Assembly: GCA_051747805.1 (NCBI GenBank) | Contig: JBNJGP010000005.1 | Location: 4,142 to 23,747, forward strand | Length of the DNA stretch: 19,606 nucleotides | Source: Candidatus Muiribacteriota bacterium | GTDB lineage: Bacteria > Muiribacteriota > Muiribacteriia > Muiribacteriales > Muiribacteriaceae | Direction: 5' to 3' | In this document: in pieces, positions 16,548 through 19,606 of the stretch | Numbering within the stretch: position 1 is the first letter of the stretch | Layout: each line of letters opens with the position of its first letter | Made by a program: the position numbers and the translations under genes | Notes under the pieces: model-generated | The model's database searches: none | Told to the model about the DNA's origin: nothing | The model's input: only the letters and a program-made list of their open reading frames with translations

Positions 16548-16575
16548 AAATTTTAAATTAAAGAATTAATTTATT

Positions 16576-19500
16576 TTATTCATTACTCAATGACTCAACA
16601 GATAAAATTTCACTGAAGAAACTATTAAACGGGGTATCAGCGTCAGTATTATATTTCATCATAAATAGACCTTTTGGTTCACTGCTGCATAAAGTGATAT
16701 CAAGCTCAAAAAGTTGTGTTTCGGTTTCTGATGAAACTCCCTCTAAAATAAATCCAGCTTCATTTGTACCAAAAGTATATGGTTTTACGGTGAAATCAAC
16801 TTTGTTATCTCCAAAATATTCTGTTTTAGAAGCTTTAATTTCATAATCATCTACTCCAGGATTTGCAGGATATTCTGAAAGCTTAGTAAAATCAATTAGC
16901 TCTAAATCAAGCCAGGTTGATTTATAATTTTCTGTTCCTATTCCATGATTTAATCCACCAAGAACAAGTTTTTTCTCAAATTCCCAGTAATTAAATTGAA
17001 AACGATCTTCCCATATGGAGCCATCTTCTTTAGTAACCTGGAAAATAATTTCCCTAGCCTCGTTTACCAAGACTTTTACATTAGAATCATTAACAGGACC
17101 AGAATTATCACTTAAATTAACATTAACTTCCCAGTCATTAAAAGACCAGTTATAAAGGTCGCCAAGATAATCTTCGTAAACAACAATGTCTAATGCGTCA
17201 GCCGCCGAAGACCCATTTACTAAAATTTCACCGCCAGCTGACATATCATAACCAAATAACTCAACAACATATTCATCATAAAGTTCCCCATCAATTGTAG
17301 TAGATCCAATATAATTTCTAACAGCGTGTATTTTTGTAATAGTTATTTCTTCAGTGTTAATCTGATCAAGAACAAGTTTTAAATCATAATTGTTTTTGTC
17401 GTACTTAACATACATTAACTTATTATCAGTATTATATGCATCTGCATAAACATCTTCATCTGAAAGTTTATATTCACTGATTACGAAATCACCATTGTCA
17501 TTTCTTGAAAACTTGATATCTCTGTAATCAAAAGAATCAGCAAAGAAAAAACCTTCTTCTTCTTTTAAATATTCATTAAAAGAAGTATCATCTGTATTTG
17601 GCCAGGAATCATCAACCATAACCAAAGGTTGACCAAGTTCCTCTGACCATACAGCATCAACAGAATTGGTTTCGCTGTTAGGATTACCAACTGTAACAAG
17701 TTTGTTTTTTTTATCATCAAGCCAAGTTACTAAAGCTACGGTATTATTTTCACTGTAAGTATCATCAAAACCAATATATGCAATTGGCATTCCCATGCCA
17801 TCCATATCTCTTAAAACATAATAATCCTTACCCGTATCCGTATCCTGATGGCTGTAATCTAAAATACCAGTTGAAACAAATTGAAATATAGTAGAATTTC
17901 CATCATTAAAGTCAAATGGCTGCTCAATCCAATGAATTTGAGCCCGATAATATTTCATATTATTATCTTCTTTTTCAAAAATTAAATTTCCGTGAAATTC
18001 AAAAATATTACTTGATATATTATCAATTTCATTTGGATTAAATGGAATTTCTTCGTCATTTTGTATATCCCATGTTCTCGCATTTGAAAAATCAAAAAGC
18101 CAGTATTCATTGTCGCCTTTCGGAGAGGTGAAATCTGGTGTATCATCTGAAGAATCAAATTTAGTATTAACAATAAACCATTTTTTATGAACAGGATTGA
18201 AAGCAATTTTACCTTTAATCATATTTATAGGATCGCCCATGAATTTATCAGAATCATATTCTGAAGTATCATCCCAGGCATGACCAAGCACCATTAAAAG
18301 AGGTTCAGTTTCAAATTTAGAAATATCTTCATCAGCCCCAACAGGAGGTTTCATAATTCCTTCAAATTCAGCTTCCGCGTTTAAATAATTAACTATTTTT
18401 TCTTCAGATAAAGCTTCAATAGCTCGTATATTATCGTCACCTTCCCTGTACTGAAAAAACCATGTTTCTGTGTCTAAATAATCCGTTTCAAATTCATTTT
18501 TAGTTATTGTTTTATCTGTATCTGTAGTATTATCCCAGAATTTTATATTTTTTTCTGGAAGCCCATTAAACTGTGCACTTTCGTCGTCTTCTGTCGAGAG
18601 TCTTACATGAGCTATTTTATAACCTGTTGATGGATCGACAATTTCATATGGAAAAGTTTCAGCGTTATGTTCAAAAACTGAATTTTTCTGCTTTAAACGA
18701 CCACGGGTATCAAAAAGTTCCCCAGCTGGATCCATGGTAGGAAGAGGTTTATCAATGTCAAGTATCATTACAGAACTTAAAAGCTTACCCATTGCTTCAA
18801 CTTGACTATCATTCCAGGTATAATTTAAATCATCAACACCATTGATAAACATATTTGTTACTAAAGTGTATAATTGTTTTACAAGAAGAAGTTTCTCTGA
18901 CATTTCCGCTTCATTTTTATCAAGATAATTTTCAACTACTTCCATAATTCTATGGAGTTCAAAATCATCATAAGAATAATCGGCAAAAATAGAAAGGTTT
19001 TCGTCACCGCTTACTTCTTCTTCAAGACCTGTTTCAATTGTTGTAAAAACTGTTTCAATATTGCCCATGAATGATTCTAAAGAAAAATCATCACGTTCAT
19101 TCATTAAAAGAAGCATTTCGCCTAGTTTTACATTAACTGTTTTATTAAGTTTAAAACCAGTCATATCCATATAAGCTTCAGCTTGATCAGCATTTTCAAA
19201 ATCATTTTGTTTAACGGTGTTTACGAACATATCAACTTCGTTATTAATTTTTTCTAAATTAATATCAAGATCAAACTCATTAGAAATAACAGTCATTCTT
19301 CTTTTAAACCTTAAAATTTCATTTATGATATTATTAATTTTTGCAGAAATCTGAGAGTTATTTACCATTTGATTTAATGCGGTTTTAACTTCTTCTTTAT
19401 TTTCAAGTCCTGCTAAATTACCAGAGTTTGCTGCTTCAGAAATTTTGTTGTATTCGACATTTTGAGCTTGCATCAGTGAATCAACATCATCTTCTTCATA

Positions 19501-19605
19501 ACCGTTTTCTAAAGCCCATGAACGAAGTTTATATTCATATATTTTCCATGCCTTATTTTCATCGCTATATTCCCCGGTTTCAATTTTTTCAATAATATCT
19601 TGAGA
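16576..19605 (-). CDS. Large acidic hypothetical protein (>1000 aa; 5' end outside the window), possibly surface-exposed
   Basis: The frame stays open upstream of the track start 19473 to the window edge (SQDIIEKIETGEYSDENKAWKIYEYKLRSWALENGYEEDDVDSL-M). Helical-looking part followed by a D/E/N/aromatic-rich region. No family recognised. Confidence 0.8.
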   Translation of the reverse strand, partial: SQDIIEKIETGEYSDENKAWKIYEYKLRSWALENGYEEDDVDSLMQAQNVEYNKISEAANSGNLAGLENKEEVKTALNQMVNNSQISAKINNIINEILRFKRRMTVISNEFDLDINLEKINNEVDMFVNTVKQNDFENADQAEAYMDMTGFKLNKTVNVKLGEMLLLMNERDDFSLESFMGNIETVFTTIETGLEEEVSGDENLSIFADYSYDDFELHRIMEVVENYLDKNEAEMSEKLLLVKQLYTLVTNMFINGVDDLNYTWNDSQVEAMGKLLSSVMILDIDKPLPTMDPAGELFDTRGRLKQKNSVFEHNAETFPYEIVDPSTGYKIAHVRLSTEDDESAQFNGLPEKNIKFWDNTTDTDKTITKNEFETDYLDTETWFFQYREGDDNIRAIEALSEEKIVNYLNAEAEFEGIMKPPVGADEDISKFETEPLLMVLGHAWDDTSEYDSDKFMGDPINMIKGKIAFNPVHKKWFIVNTKFDSSDDTPDFTSPKGDNEYWLFDFSNARTWDIQNDEEIPFNPNEIDNISSNIFEFHGNLIFEKEDNNMKYYRAQIHWIEQPFDFNDGNSTIFQFVSTGILDYSHQDTDTGKDYYVLRDMDGMGMPIAYIGFDDTYSENNTVALVTWLDDKKNKLVTVGNPNSETNSVDAVWSEELGQPLVMVDDSWPNTDDTSFNEYLKEEEGFFFADSFDYRDIKFSRNDNGDFVISEYKLSDEDVYADAYNTDNKLMYVKYDKNNYDLKLVLDQINTEEITITKIHAVRNYIGSTTIDGELYDEYVVELFGYDMSAGGEILVNGSSAADALDIVVYEDYLGDLYNWSFNDWEVNVNLSDNSGPVNDSNVKVLVNEAREIIFQVTKEDGSIWEDRFQFNYWEFEKKLVLGGLNHGIGTENYKSTWLDLELIDFTKLSEYPANPGVDDYEIKASKTEYFGDNKVDFTVKPYTFGTNEAGFILEGVSSETETQLFELDITLCSSEPKGLFMMKYNTDADTPFNSFFSEILSVESLSNE

Positions 19606-19606
19606 T

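Noticed and set aside
1958..18206. Other short ORFs in the track (60-114 aa) nested in or antisense to long CDSs
   Set aside because: All overlap well-supported genes and lack independent coding signals.

Overview
AT-rich bacterial chromosomal window with 14 supportable CDSs: a HEAT-repeat protein running off the left edge, a STAND NTPase-TPR-OmpR/PhoB wHTH regulator, a secreted hypothetical protein, an archaeal-type endonuclease IV, a GH57/DUF3536 glycoside hydrolase, Rex, a GT4 glycosyltransferase, a hypothetical protein, a secreted protein with a lysozyme-like C-terminal domain, a possible outer-membrane protein, a PIN/TRAM (YacL-like) protein, a CBS-HutP fusion, a lipoprotein, and a large acidic protein running off the right edge. 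The most striking object is non-coding. At 16002-16420, 17 different short hairpins are separated by conserved 6-7 nt linkers. The left-arm linkers are reverse complements of the right-arm linkers, and two linker families are nested. This predicts a long stem studded with side hairpins, and some loop features suggest it folds as ssDNA. Also seen: four genes with a -10 box 6-7 nt before the ATG and no Shine-Dalgarno (probably leaderless), a sigma28-like promoter, and a 17-bp inverted motif bracketing the STAND gene. Family assignments come from motif recognition by eye; no searches were run.
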